Positions 27,519-38,759 of a DNA stretch of 64,000 nt are shown here, piece after piece. Numbering within the stretch: the first letter of the stretch is position 1; each line of letters starts with the position of its first letter. The notes beneath the pieces were generated by a model. It did no database searches, was not told where the DNA came from, and saw only the letters and a program-made list of their open reading frames with translations. A program made the translations under genes and the position numbers. The stretch comes from Basidiobolus meristosporus CBS 931.73 (Eukaryota > Fungi > Basidiobolomycota). The stretch spans positions 62,001 to 126,000 of the forward strand of contig MCFE01000117.1 of the NCBI GenBank assembly GCA_002104905.1, given 5' to 3'.

Positions 27519-30500
27519 TGTTATGATCTACCACTTGAACATTTAAGTTAGACCAGCTTTAGTCAAATCAATTAGTACATGCTTAGCTTATCAGTATATC
27601 CGTGTTAACTATCATATCAGTAGCATTAGTCAGCAAATGAATCAGCAGATCCTTATTAGACAGAAATAGATATATTAAGTGAAACTTGTTGGGTGATGAT
27701 GATGCATTCAAATGAGTCATCTGCCACAACCTACATTAGGAAATACAATTAGTCTGCAATTGATTTGGCAAAATGTATATAAGGAGCTGCTGGAACATCA
27801 ATAAGAGATCGTTCAAGCTTTAGTGAATACAATACTAGCTAAACTCCCTATTCCTCTACAATTCTTATACCAAAACTTGTAACATTGGTAGCAGCACTAA
27901 CCGGAAGCTTCCCTGCTGAAGAAAGAAGTGGCCTCCCCAAGATGTCAGAAAGTCAAGAGCGGAAGTATACTATGCAGAAAATCCTGGCCCAACAGCAATA
28001 ATTACTTCAGATTGTTTGCCAGTAGCAACAAGGAATGACTACCATGGCACTGAACCGGTAAAACATTGTCAAGAACAACTTTAGTGTGAAAGTCAACCAG
28101 TATCATGGTAAAGTCAATGAAAACCTAGGAATTTGGCTCTTCCAGATTGAAGAAGCGTTCAAGGCTAAGGGAATTGCTCCAGAGCGCAAGTTACAACATG
28201 CAGCCTCTTACCTGGCAGATGCAGCTCTACAGTGGTGCCACAACAAGATCAGGTTAGCCACCATGATGGGGTGCTCCACAATCTTTAACTGGGAAGAATT
28301 TGTGTTAGAAATTCACAATGCTTTTGAGCCCCCACACCAGCAGACACTACTAAGAAGAAAGTTGAAAACACTCAGATAGAAAGAAATAGTTCAAGAGTAC
28401 AACTATGATTTTAGATGTCTACTTGAACAAACTGAAAGAATGGACCACCTGGATTAAGTGGAATACTTTATTGATGGGTTGAAAGAAAGAACTAGCAAGG
28501 AAGTGAATTATCAAAGACTGCTGACTACTAAAGAAGCCATCAAGATTGCCATTAACTATGACTCGGCTATGTTTGGAGTTGGAAAGCCCACAATGATTAG
28601 CCAGAGAGACTACAATCACTATGAAAGAAGGCAATCAGAAGAAGTGATAATGGAAATAGATTCTATGCAATAAAATCCTACCTCAGAAGAATGTAAGAAG
28701 AAAGGACTTTGCTTTAGTTGCCTCCAGCAGGGACATAGTGCAAAGTAGTGTCCTCAGAGAAGAATGGACCCCAGCCATGAAGGGCCTTCAACCATGTTGA
28801 AGCCCTGGAGCATGGTAACATGGAGGATGCGCTTGAAGAAGACTCAGAACTCAAGTTCCATATGACTCAAGAATACCTATCCCAGATGACCTCAAACTCA
28901 GGAACGCTATTGTACTTAAATGGAGTAATCAATGGAGTACCTGTCAAGAGGATGATTGAATCAGGAGCATCACATGAGTACATGTCAGAGCAATTTGCTT
29001 TGAGAGCTGGAATCAACTTGAAACCCACCAAACAAACTTCAGTATCAACAGTTGATGGGAGCTCTCACATAATCAACCATATTATTGAGCCAGTAAGGAT
29101 GAAGATCAATGGCTATGAAGAAGACCTACAGGCATATATATTTGGGAACTGCAAGTTTGACCTTGTACTTGGCAAAGCCTAGCTATTTTGTTGTAATCCA
29201 TTTAGCAACTGAAGAACCCATGCTACCCAGATCTAGAAGGACAACAAGACCTATGAGCTATTACTTGCCATAATGGATTGCAACTTGATCAATTCAAGTG
29301 TGTGTGAAACAAGTAATCTTGGCAAGACACAGTTCTGCAGAGCACTTAGAAAAGGCACCCAGATGTTCCTCATAGCAGTATTACAGAAGGATTCCTCTAC
29401 TCCAGTACCCCAGAAAGTCCAGACTCTTTTGAAGGAATATTCAGACATATTTCCAGATGAGCTTGTAAGCCTACCACCAGTCTGAGATGTGGATCTTGCC
29501 ATTGTCACAGGAGATAGCCCTCCAGTGAGTAAGACACCTTACAGTTTGAGTCCACTAGAGTTGGAAGAGATGAAGAGACAAATAGATCAGTTATTGGAGC
29601 AAGGATATATCAGTCCCAGCAAGTCACCTTGGGGAGCACCAGTACTCATTCTGAAAAGGAAGGATGGAACATGTAGGATGTCAACTGACTACAGAGCCCT
29701 CAACTCAGTTACCATGAAGAATAAGTACCCCATACCTTAGATTGATTTTGGACCAACCTAATGGAGTTACTATATTCAGCAAGATTGACCACATGTCAGG
29801 ATACAACCAGATTTGGGTGAAACCAGAAGACATCCCTAAGGCAGCATTCAGGACCAGGGATGGATATTACAAGTACCCAATCATGAGTTTTGGTCTCACT
29901 AATGCCCCTACACCATTCATGACCTTGATGCCAACTGTCTTCCATGAATACTTGGACAAGTGTGTGGTATTTTACCTAGATGACATATTGTTATATAGCA
30001 ATACAAAATAGGAGCACTTGGTGCACATTGAAAATGTCTTGAAGAAGCTAAAGGAGAACAACCTGTACAGCAAGCTAACAAAGTGTGAATTCTTGAAGGA
30101 ATCTGTTAAGTACCTGTGATATATAGTGACTGGTTCAGGAGTGACCTTGGACCCCAAGAAGGTTGAAGTCATCAAGAAAATGAAGCAGCCCCATAGCATA
30201 TCACAACTCAGATCATTCCTTGGAATGGTTTCCTATTATAGGAGATTTGTCAAGTCCTCTGCAAGTATTGCAGCCCCGTTGACTAATATCTTCAAGATAG
30301 ATAACTCCTACAAGTGGGACATAGCCTGTTAGACTACCTTTCAGATATTCAAGAATGAACTTGCTAAGCTGCCAAGCTTTAGAATCCCAGACTTCAGAAA
30401 AGAACTTACTCTGTACACAGATGTTTTGGATTAAACAATTAGTGGAGTACTGAGCCAAGAACATCAGGGAAAGGACTACCCAGTTGCTTTTGAGTCCCAG

Positions 30501-33500
30501 AAACTGAACTCAGCAGAACTGAGCTATCTAGTGCATGAAAAGGAGATGCTTGCCATAATACACAGCTTGAAGACCTGGAGATGCTACATTGAAGGAGTCG
30601 AGTGTACTATGATGACTGATCACGCCTCACTCATGTATATATTTACTCAGAAGGTGCTCTCAAGAAGAATGACAAGATTTGTTGTGTTGTATTAGATTAG
30701 TTTAGGGCTTGTTCTGCAATGTAGAGGCTAATCAACAATGTACAACAACTTCCAGTATGCCAATACTAAAATAGTTTTTGGGGAGTCTGATATACTGATA
30801 GAAGGGATAACCTTCACTAACATCCTCAATCTTAGGCTCAAAATATACTATAGACAGTGATTCCCACTTCTACAGCGGTGTTGTGATCTTCTGTGGACTA
30901 TTGAGCTTATTTACGTTGATAGTAACTTTTCCATATTTGGAATTCACTTCCCTTTCTGAGAAAGTATTTCCTAGTATGGATATTTTGAGCTCCCATTTAA
31001 CCTAAAGGGGTGTGTTGTGGAAGTCTCTAAAGGGGTCTTTAGACTAAGGGGGTGTCTTTAGAGCAAAGGGGTTACCTAGAGGGGAAATTTCCAACAGAAA
31101 AGTGGTAGTTTTCTTTTAGAGCTTAGATTGGATTCTTGTGAGCATTGCAGTCTCTTTACTGATGTAGTACCAATCAAAGTCAGAATACCCAACAATGCAA
31201 GTTATGCTGGGGAAGTTTTATAACCTTGAAACTAGTAATCATAGTGTGGAGATTCTGGAAAGAGAGGCTCTCCTATATTTTTCAGCTGGGGGAGTCATAT
31301 ATATGGAGTTTCTGAAGGATCAAAGTCTTTGGGTAATTGTACAAGCAAGACTCATGATACATAGCCAAAATTTGGAGTTGTGCAGACTGGGCATAGGCGC
31401 AGCACCTGTAACAATTTCACATGATTTGATAGGTGGGTTTAAAAGTGACACACAATCAAAGTCACCACAGTAATCCTAGCAATAGAGGCCCAGTATACAA
31501 AATAATTGGGCTCTTTTGGTCATAACTCCTTAAGCACTGCTTCAAGTGGGCTGCAATTTGAAGCATGTGTTAGCTACTGTGTGTTCTATATGACATAAAG
31601 TTTTTGGATGGATTTCCTGTCAGGGTCTGGAGTATTTGTCCTTCAAAGTTGGAATTTCCTGATCTTTCACTTGTGTGTTATAATAGCAAGAAGCAAAATG
31701 AAGAAATTAGTGCAATATTGGTTTTGAGATATTGTAGTAATGGAATACTTTCTATTACCACAGATGGAGGGAATACATTCAGCAATTTGATTTGGAGATT
31801 GTCTACTGCGCTGGGAAAATCAACCTGGGTGCTGATGCCTTATCAAGATCAGAAAAAGTTATGCAACTCAAATTGGTGCATGAATCAGATTGGCCTAGCC
31901 TATTACTAAAGTACTTAGAGGAGCAAGCTATTCCTAATGAGGTGGAGAAGTGATTAGGAAGATAATCCAGGTTGAAGCCAGCAAATCTGTGGTACAGGAT
32001 GAAACACTCTACCAAATTGTTGATGGAAGCCCTATTGCCTATTGCCCTAGTGTTGCTTGCCTGGATTTAATGCATAAGCACATAATGGATATGGACATCT
32101 TGGAACTGAAAGAACCTATAGCCATGTGAAAGCCAGAGTATGGTGGCCTAGAATGAGAAAAGACATTGAGAAGCTAGTGAAAATATGCCCAAACTGCCAA
32201 ATCAACCAAGGCCAGCCACAGAGAATTGCCAAACTCTTTCCCTTGGACCCTCTTAGACCCTTTGAAGGATGGGGAATTGACTTTATTGGAAGACTGCCTA
32301 CCACCAGGAAATGCAACTGTTGGATCCTGGTAGCAATTGACCATGCCACTGAATGGCCAGTGGCTAAAGCATTACCTGTAGCCAGTGAACAAGAAGTTTC
32401 AAGTTTCATCTATTATGAGATCCTTGTGAAGTTTGGATGCCTTGTAAATATTTTATCTGATAGAGGAGCAAACCTTATGGCAAAGACATTGGACGCTTAC
32501 CTGGAAATGCATCAAAATAAACACTTGAAAACCTTGGCATATCACCCTAGAACTGATGGAGTCACTGAGCAATTTAATGGATTATTTAGAAAAATGCTGG
32601 CCAAATGTGCAAAATGAGCTGTCTGTAGATGGGATGAGCATATAGACTAAGCACTCTTTGCATGCAGAGTTAAGGTACATAACACCACCAATCAATTGCC
32701 ATTTTACTTAGGGTATGGATGTGAACCAAGGACTCAGGAGATCTCAAGCAACCAAAGCTTACAAACACCTTAGAAGAAGAGCTCAGTCAGCCTAGTAGAC
32801 TCAAGCAGCTGGAACAAGGATGTCAAGAGGCACAGGCCAGAGTATCCAAAAGTGCAGAAAAGATGAAGCAGAGATTTGATAAGACTATATAATCAGAAGC
32901 ATTTACTGTTGGGAACTTTGTATTGCTGAGAAACAGCACTCAGAATAAGTTTGAGCCACAATGGACAGGACCTTCTAAGATCATCAGAGAATGTCCATTT
33001 GCAACTTACCAACTAGTGGGCAAACAAGGGAATGTCTGGGAATATTTATTACATAGAGGCAGACTCAAGCTTGCAAGACTGGCTAACAATACTGAACCAT
33101 CAAGAGATTGGTATTTCAAGAAAAGAGATTCAGGAGAACCCTCTCAGCTTTAGTAGGGGAGGATGTTATTATCTACTGCTTGAATGTTTAAGTTAAATCA
33201 GTTTTTAGTCAAATTAATTAGCTACAAGCTTATCCTATTGGTATATCAGTGCTTTCTATCAAATCAGTAGCATTAGTCAGCAAATGAATTAGCAGATCCT
33301 TATCAGACACAAATAGATATATTAAGTAGGATCTTATTGGTTGATGATGATGCAATCAAGTGAATCATCAGCCACAACCTATATTAGGAAATACAATTAG
33401 TCAGCAGTTGATCTGGTAAAATATATAAAAAGAGTGGCTGGAACCTCAATAAGAATCAGGTCAAGTTTTAGTGAATCCAAAACTAGCTAAACTCCTTATT

Positions 33501-33532
33501 CCTCTACAACTCTTCCACCAATACTTGAAACA
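27519..33532 (+). mobile_element. Family 1 copy F (LTRs 27519-27884 and 33164-33532), probable recombinant
   Basis: PBS, degenerate gag-pol and PPT present; flanks GTTA vs CTAG do not match; LTR pair visibly more diverged than in B. Confidence 0.9.
30680..31762. mobile_element. 1083-bp insertion in the RNase H of F, probably a solo LTR of a third family
   Basis: TGTTG...CCACA termini; flanks GATT/GATG; the F frame RRMTRW resumes at 31763; no recognisable coding motif. Confidence 0.65.
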
Positions 33533-36500
33533 CTAGGCTGACTGTGCTCATCTTCTAAGGCATCTGTAAGCTTTGATTGTGTGAGATCTCCTGGGGTCCT
33601 TGGTTCACATCCATACACTAAGTAAAATGGCTGTTGTTGGGCAGTGTTGTGTACTCTAACTTGGCATGCAAAAAGTGCTTGGTCTATATACTCATCCTAT
33701 CTACTGACAGCTCCATTTGCACACTTGGTCAGCAATTTTTCCAAATAATCCATTGAACTTCTCCATGACTTCATTAGCTCTATGGTGATATGCCAAGGTT
33801 TTCAAGTGTTTGCTCTGCTGCATTCCCAGGTAAGCTTCCAATGTCTTTTCCATAAAGTTTGCTCCTCTATCAGATAAATTCTCTACAGGGCATCTAAACC
33901 TCTTAAGGATCTCATGATAGATGAAACTTGCAACTTCTTGTTCACTGGCGACAGGTACTGCTTTAGCCACTGGCCATTCAGTGGCATGGTCAATTGCTAT
34001 TAGGATCCAGCAGTTGCATTTCCTGGTGGTTGGCAGTCTTCCAATAAAGTCAATTCCCACTCTTTCAAATGGTCTTACAGGTTCCAAGGGAAAGAGTTCA
34101 GCAATTTCTGTGGTTGGCCTTAGTTGATTTGCCAATTGGGGCATATTTTCACTAGCTTTTTAATGTCTTATATCATTCTAGGCCACCATACTCTGGCTCT
34201 CACAAGGCTATAGGTTCCTTCAATTCCAAGATGACTATATCCGTTATGTTGCTGATGTATTAAATCCTTGGCAAGCAACATAAGGGCAATAGGTAATAGG
34301 GCTTCCAGCAACAATTCAGTAGAGTGTTTCATTCTGTACCACAAATTTGCTGGCTTCATCCCAGATTATCTTCTTGATTTCTTCATCTGCCTCATTGAGA
34401 ATGTCTTGGTCCTCTAAGTACTTTGGTAATAAGCTAGGCCAATCTGATTCATGCACCAAATTGAGTTGAGCAACTTGTTCAAATCTTGCTTAGGCATCAG
34501 CAACCATGTTGATATTCCCAGGGCAGTAGACAATCTCCAAATCAGATTGCTGTATGTAATCACTCCATCTTGTTATTCTTCTTAAGAGTACCTTCTGAGT
34601 ACATATATACTTGAGGGAGGTGTGATCAATCTTCAGAGTGCATTTGACTCCTTCAATATAGCATCTCCATGTTCTCAAGCAGTGTATTATAGCAAGCATC
34701 TCCTTCTCGTGCACTGGATAGTTCTGTTCTGCTGAGTTCAGCTTCTTGGATTCAAAGACAACTTGGTAGTCCTTTCCCTTGTGTTGTTGGCTTTACACTC
34801 CACCATGTGCATAATTTGAAGCATTGGTGCACTGAGTGAACAATTTTCTGAAGTCAGGTTTTTTTAAGCTTAGTAGCTTAGCAAGTTCATTCATGAGTGT
34901 CTGAAAGGCAGTCTCACAGGCTATGTCCTACTTGTAGGTGTTGTCTTTCTTGAGATTATCAGTCAAAGGGGCTGCAATACTTGCAAAAGATTTGACAAAT
35001 CTCCAATAATAGGAAGCCATTCCAAGGAATAATCTGAGTGATGATATGCTATGGGGCTGCTTCATATTCTTGATAACTCCTACCTTCTTAGAGTCTAAGC
35101 TCACCCCTGTGCTAGTCACTACATGTCCCAGATATTCAACATGTTCCTTCAAGAGTTCACATTTGGCTAGCTTCCCATATAGCCTGTACTCTCTTAGCTT
35201 CTTCAAAACCTTTCAATTTGCACCAAGTTATCCTTTTCTGTATTGCTATATATCAATACATTGCCTAGCTAGATTATCACAAACTTGTACAGGTACTCCT
35301 GGAAGACAGTCTACTTCAGTGTCTTGCATGTTGCAGGGGCATTGGTGAGGTCAAAAATCATGAGTAGGTACTTGTAATGTCCATATCTGGTCCTGAATGC
35401 TGTCTTAGGGATGTCTTTTGGTTTCATCCTAATTGGGTTTTATCCTCTCATAAGGTCAATTCTACTGAGTATGGTAGCTCCATTGAGCTGGTCCAAAAGC
35501 TCATCAATCCAAAGTATAAGGTACTTATTCTTTATGGTATCTGAGCTGAGGGCTCTGTAGTCAATATACATCCTAAGTGTTCCATTCTACTTTTTCACAA
35601 AGAGTACTGGTGCTCCTCAAGGTGACTTGCTGGGTCTGATATATCCTTGCTCCAATAACTGATCTATTTGCCTCTTCATCTCTTCCAACTCCAATGGACT
35701 CAATCTGTAAGGTATCTTACTCACTGAAGGGCTATCTCCTGTGTCAATGGCATAATCCACATTGCTGACTGGTGGTAGACTTGCAAGTTTATCTGGAAAT
35801 ATGTCTGAATATTCCTTCAAAAGAGTCTAAACCCCTAGGGTGCTGGAGTAAAGCGATCCTCCTGTAATACCACCATGAGGAACATCTTTGTGCCTTCTCC
35901 AAGTGCTCTGCAGAACTGTGTCTTGCTAAGTTTACTTGTTTCAAAAACACCAGAATTGACCAAGTTGAAAACCAGTTAGGCTGGTAATAGCTGATATGTC
36001 TTGTTGTCCTTCTGGATCTGAGTAGCATGGGTTCTCCAGTTGCTAAATGGATTACAACAAAATAGCAAGGTTTTTCCAAGGACTAGTTCAAACTTGCGGT
36101 TCCCAAATATATAGGCCTGTAGGTGTTCTTCATAATCATTGATCCTCATCTTTACTGGCTGAGTAATACAGTTGATTATGTTTAAGTTCCCATCAGCTGT
36201 TAAGACTTAAGTTCATTTGGAGGGTTCCAAGTTGATTCCAGCCTTCAAAGCAAATTGTGCTGACACGTACTCATATGATGCTCCTGAGTTAATCATCATC
36301 TTGCCAGGTACTCCATTGATTACTCTATTCAAGTATAATAGCTTTCCTGAGTTTGAGGTCATCTGGGATAGGTATTCTTTTGTCATATAAAAGGTGATTT
36401 CTGAGTCTTCTTCAAGTTCATCCTTTATATTGCTGTGCTCAAGGTCTTCAATATGGCTAAATGTTCTTGGTGGCTGGGGTCCATTTCTTCTCTGAGCGCA

Positions 36501-37716
36501 GTACTTTGCAATATGTCCGTGATGGTGGCAATTAAAGCAAAGTCCTTTCTTCTTACATTTTTCTGCGGTAGGGTTCTTTTGCATGGCATCTATTTCCATT
36601 GGCACTGCTTCAGATTGTCTTCTTTCAAAGTGACTGTAGCCTCTGTGATTAGTCATTGTGGGCTTTCCTACTCCATACATAGCTGAGTCATAGTTAATGG
36701 CAATCTTGATGGCTTCTTTAGTAGTCAGCGGTCTTTGATAATTCACTTCCTTGCTAGTTCTTACTTTCAACCCATCAATAAAGTATTCCACTTGATCCAG
36801 TGGGTTCATTCTTTCATTTTGTTCAAGTAGACATCTATACTCATAGATGTACTCTTGAACTATTTCTCTCTATCTGAGTGTCTTCAACTCTCTTCTTGGT
36901 AGTGTCTGCTGGTGTGGGGGCTCTAATGCATCCTGAATTTCCAACACTAACTCATCCTAGGTTGAGATTGTGGAGCACCCCATTAGGGTGGCTGACCTGA
37001 TCTTGTTGTGGTACCACTGTAAAGCTGTATCTGCCAGGTAAGAGGCTGCATAATGTAACTTGCTTTCTGGAGCAGTTCCCTTATCCTTGAAGGGTTCTTC
37101 AATTTGGAAGAGACAGGTTCCCAGGTTTTTATTGACTCTACCATGGTACTGGTTGACATTCACACTAAAGTTGCTCTTCACAGGGTTTTGCTGGCTTTGG
37201 GCTATGGTAGTTATTCCTTGTTGCTGCTGGCTAAGGATATGGGGTAACTGTTGCTGTTGGGCCAGAATTTGCTGCATACCATTTGTCCATTTTTGATTTT
37301 TGGACATCTTGAAGTGGCCTCTTCTTTCTTCAGGAGGGTAGTTTTTGATTATTGCAGCTACCAATGTTATAAGTCTTGATATAAGAGTTGTAGAGGAATA
37401 GGGAGTCACTAAAACTTGAGCTGATTTTTCTTGAGGTTCCAGCAGCTCCTTATACATTTTGCCAGATCAACTGCTGACTAATTGTATTTCCTAATGTAGA
37501 TTGTGGCTGATGACTCATTTGATTGCATCATCATCAACCAATAAGATCCTACTCAATATATATATATATTTTTGTCTGATAAGAATCTGCTCATTCATTT
37601 GCTTGCTATTGTTACTGATTTGATAGATAACACTGATATACTGATAGGCTAAACATATAACTATTGGTTTGACTAAAACTGATGTAACTTAAATATTCAA
37701 GCGGTATATCATAACA
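33533..37716 (-). mobile_element. Family 1 copy G (minus strand), 3' end lost; 5' LTR 37365-37716
   Basis: Gag, protease, RT, RNase H and integrase fragments; integrase truncated at the F LTR. Confidence 0.92.
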
Positions 37717-38728
37717 AGTGCTCACTATAGTGGGCCATCATTAAATCTTACATTCACAGAGGTGCAATATTTCATGGGCAAGGCTTGAATTCTTGTACGT
37801 AATGATGAAAAGTGATGTAGTTGCACTGCATTGTTGGGTGTCAAGCTGTTTGCCCTATAGGCTGTTGTGAAAATTTGTAATTCCACCTAAATATTCACCT
37901 AACTTATTCACTTAGATCATTACCTTTAAGTCCTGGAGAATACTGACCTAACTCCTTGTTGAAATTTACTTTGAATATTATCATCAAAATACCAGGTACT
38001 CTGAAAATGAAAATTCTCAAGGTTGTCCAAACAGCCCCAAACTTTGCAAACATGCTCTTGGAACCTTGCTTAGCATATTCTTTGAGTATGTTATGCAAAG
38101 ACCATGTAAAAGTATAAATACTACTTTTATATTCAATAAATCATAAAATGAAAACCACTTATTTACTTGTTTTTCCAATCACTTCCAATATCTCCAAGAC
38201 TCTTACAACAGGTTATGTGCCCCAAGCTCTCACTCTCTGCAGTGTCAACTACTGCTGTTACTGGAATCTTTCCCTCTGCCAAAAAGTTTGAAGGATCTAA
38301 CAACCAAGTGTGGAAGATGAAGATAAAGATGCTGCTGCAAGAAAGAGGCCTTTGGGATATTGTCATGGGAGAAGAATATCCTCCTCAAAATGTGGGAGAG
38401 GAAGCCTTAAAGTACCAGAGAAAGGAGCTAAGGGCCTTTAACTGCATTTGCCTTAATGTCAAATACAAATGCTAATGCTGCTCCAGAGCAAAACCTGCAC
38501 TACTTTGATTAAACACTCCAAGAGAAGAGAAAAAAGATCATGTTGACATGGTAGCAAGCCTTTCCACAATAAGTGCACAGACAGCATAGAAGGCATCATA
38601 AGGGTCACACCCAATATTTTGCAACTAAAGTCATATTTATGGACTTATCAGCCGCAATTGTACCAAAAGTTTTCTGCCAGCCACTTGGTACCTCTATAAT
38701 TGCACCTAACTGCACTGGTCTCTTGCGC
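37717..38728 (+). mobile_element. 5' part of a CACTA/EnSpm-like element (37717-37862 and ~38495-38728), split by a Copia insertion
   Basis: Aligns by eye with the reverse complement of 43960-44370; HRQHRRHHKGHTQYFATKVIF vs HRQHREYYKECGQCFATQVIF. Confidence 0.7.
37863..38475 (+). mobile_element. Ty1/Copia relic 3: 5' LTR (37863-38210), PBS and start of gag
   Basis: TGTTGTG...TACAACA; GGTTATGTGCCC directly after the LTR; KFEGSNNQVWKMKIKMLLQERGLWDIVMG is a Copia gag N-terminus. Confidence 0.9.
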
Positions 38729-38759
38729 ATGTTACAACTTAAGAAGTGTCTTAGATATA

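Noticed and set aside
1-37716. RIP as the cause of TE decay
   Set aside because: Stops arise from mixed substitutions (GGA>TGA, GAA>TAA, TGC>TGA as well as CAG>TAG), CpA/TpG remain abundant and the DNA is not extremely AT-rich; CpG loss is the dominant signal
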